Positions 61,701-64,000 of a stretch of 64,000 nt of DNA are shown piece by piece. The position numbers and the translations under genes were made by a program. The DNA comes from Spongospora subterranea f. sp. subterranea (Eukaryota): positions 1 to 64,000 of the forward strand of contig JAUGWO010000037.1 of assembly GCA_049724395.1 (NCBI GenBank), read 5' to 3'. Each line of letters starts with the position of its first letter. Position 1 is the stretch's first letter. The notes under the pieces were generated by a model. That model was not told where the DNA came from, made no database searches, and saw only the letters and a program-made list of their open reading frames with translations.

Positions 61701-62040
61701 AATGATATATCCTGTATCAGTACATCCAATGGTGTTTATTTAGAGAACATACAAGTTAATAACTTGAATCGCACGCCAACGGATTTTGACCGGGACTTTG
61801 TACTCCCCCATCCCCATCCAGAAACCTGTGTTGTTAGGGGGTACAAAGTCCCACATTCAACGGCAGTATCAGCTTGAGGAAAAGACTTTCTTTTGGCTTG
61901 ATCCCGACTAGTATCGGCTTGAGGAAAATCCTTTCTTTTCCGACTAGTATTGGCTTGATTCCCTGTCTTCAGACTACTTTGGGATCGAGTATCAAATATT
62001 ACTCCTTTTCTCTCAGTGATTTGAGGAATAGTACTGACTT

Positions 62041-64000
62041 TCAAAGATTCAAGTAAGCGGTGAATATCTCGTCTTTGGCTTCATTTGCGATCCCAGGTTG
62101 GCGCTTGTCAATAATACGGTAGAGAGAATGGCAAAATAAATCCGATAACATTTCTCCTGCTGTGTCAGAATGTGAATCCTTCGAGTATAACATTCTCCCG
62201 AAACGCTTATCAGCACGAAACCGGCGCATGATGACCGGGGCAACGTATTGAATGGCTTCGTCTTCCTTCATGCCGCATAGCGACAATAATACGAAATCAG
62301 CTTGTAAACAGAGGTTCATAGAAAACATCTGCACATAGTACCGACTTGTGGATCGGATCACGTTGCTGATATGGAGCAATATTCGCTTGATTTCGACAGC
62401 ATGAACGGGATAATTTGTTGAGATAGCGTCACTTTCATGTGGGTACAGCCAGCCATCATCAGGATCGCCCTGATCGTTAAGCTTCTTTGTGAGAAGGTTC
62501 TCTTTGATATACAATATCAGCCGTTGGTACAAAATTGGTTTTGGTGGCGTGATGACAGGTTGAGAACCCATGTTCAGGCCGAAATCTGATCCGGAATCGA
62601 ACAAGCACTTGCAGATCAGTATTCGGAGATCATCGGCGACTTCTGTTGCGGCTTTAGGAAAGACAATATGGTGAAAATTCGTGAATTGGACATGATCAAT
62701 ATGGTTTTCCGGATCATTATCCCTTTCAATTGACTTAGCAAGATCTAGAAATCTTGCTTTTATGTCAGTTTCAAGTACAACATTGTTGGGGTTGACGGAA
62801 CACCACACCATATACTCTTTATATTCGGGGGGATATTTTCTTTTGTGACGTTTAGTGATAGTGCCCAATGGTGCCGAATTGTCGCTCGCCAAACTGGAAG
62901 TGATAGAGGGCGATCCAGAGGCCAACTGGGAACTTTGGGGAGCTGGGGGAATGGATGGAGGGACCAAGTCTGGAATAGGCTGATTAAACTGGGCTTGATC
63001 CAGACTAGTATTGGCTTGAAGAGAAGCCTTTCTTTTGCGACGAGAGTTGGGTCTAGTATTGGCTGTTGGAGTAGCCTTTCTTTCTTGAATACTTTTGGGT
63101 CCAGGAATAGGAATGTTTCTCCGAATAGGGTCTTGAGGAACCTCAGTGATTTGAGGAATAGTACTTGACTTTCAAAGAATCAAGTAAGCGGTGGAGCTCG
63201 TATGTCGCTTCATTTGCGATCCCAGCTTGGCGCTTGTCAATAATACGGTGGAGAGAAAAACAAAATATCTCAGATAACATTGTCCCTGCTTTGTCAGAAT
63301 GTGAGTCCTTCGTGTATATTATTCTCCCGGGACGCTTATCAGCAAGATGCCAGCGGATGATGACCGGGGCAACGTATCGAATGGCTTCGTCTTCCTCCAT
63401 GCCGCATAACGACAATAACACGAAATCAGCTTGTAAACAGAGGTTCATAGAAAACATCTGCACATAATACCGCCCTGTGGATCGGATCACGTTGCTGATA
63501 TGGAGCAATATTCGCTTGATTTCGACAGCATGAACGGGATAATTCGTTGAGATAGCCTTACTTTCATGTGGGTACAGCCAGCCATCTTTAGGATCGCCAT
63601 GATATTTGCGCTTCCTTAAATTAGCTATTGGGGGAAGTTGTTGTTTGATATACAATATCAGTCGTTGGTACACAATTGGTTTTGGTGGCGTGATGACAGG
63701 TTCAGAACCCAAGTTCACTCGGAAACCTGATCCGGAATCGGACAAGCATTTGTTTATCAGAATCCGGAGATCATCGGCGGCTGATGATGTGGCCTTAGGA
63801 AAGACAACGTGATGAAAATTCGTGATTGGGACATGATCAACATGGTTTTCCGGATCATTAACCCTTTCAATTGAATCAGCAAGAAGTAAGAATTTTTGTT
63901 TCATGTCTTCTTCTGGTACAGCGTATTTGGCGTTGTTGAACCGCCAAACAGTATTATACTCTTCATAATCGGGGGGATAATTATGGCTCGAAATAAGTTG
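62041..64000 (-). pseudogene. Second, inverted copy of the two-repeat hypothetical gene at 13437-15563; frameshift between the repeats; 5' end lies outside the window
   Basis: ORFs 63143-63904 and 62041-62967 closely match the two halves of the 708-aa ORF. Confidence 0.8.

Overview
Eukaryotic genomic DNA from a compact genome with many short (about 45-70 nt) GT-AG introns. Intron size and a CCCTAAAA/CCCTAAA telomere-like remnant would fit a protist such as a plasmodiophorid, but this is inference only. The left ~17 kb looks subtelomeric and is intron-poor. It holds a telomeric remnant, a 182-bp satellite, a broken OrsD/DUF3505 zinc-finger gene resembling the N-terminal half of fungal telomere-linked helicases, a frameshifted REase-like + protein kinase gene, a frameshifted Mutator-like transposase with an N-terminal GCM-type finger and a C-terminal USP-like peptidase, an orphan ORF made of two ~330-aa repeats, and a pogo/DDE_1 remnant. 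The last two recur inverted at the right end of the window (60.8-64 kb). The intron-rich core contains tRNA-Ala(CGC), a protein of about eight cNMP-binding domains, SGF29-like, PUF6/PUM3-like, DUF924-like and sestrin genes. It also holds a ~20-kb gene for a giant single-pass surface protein: signal peptide, three tandem unrecognised Cys-containing modules, FN3-like repeats, REJ, GPS-like, SEA-like, TM and a PAYPMQGQ tail. A scrambled Ty1/copia element lies at 53.7-56.9 kb. Gene ends and exon structures were inferred by eye and are approximate. Single-base frameshifts could be assembly errors.
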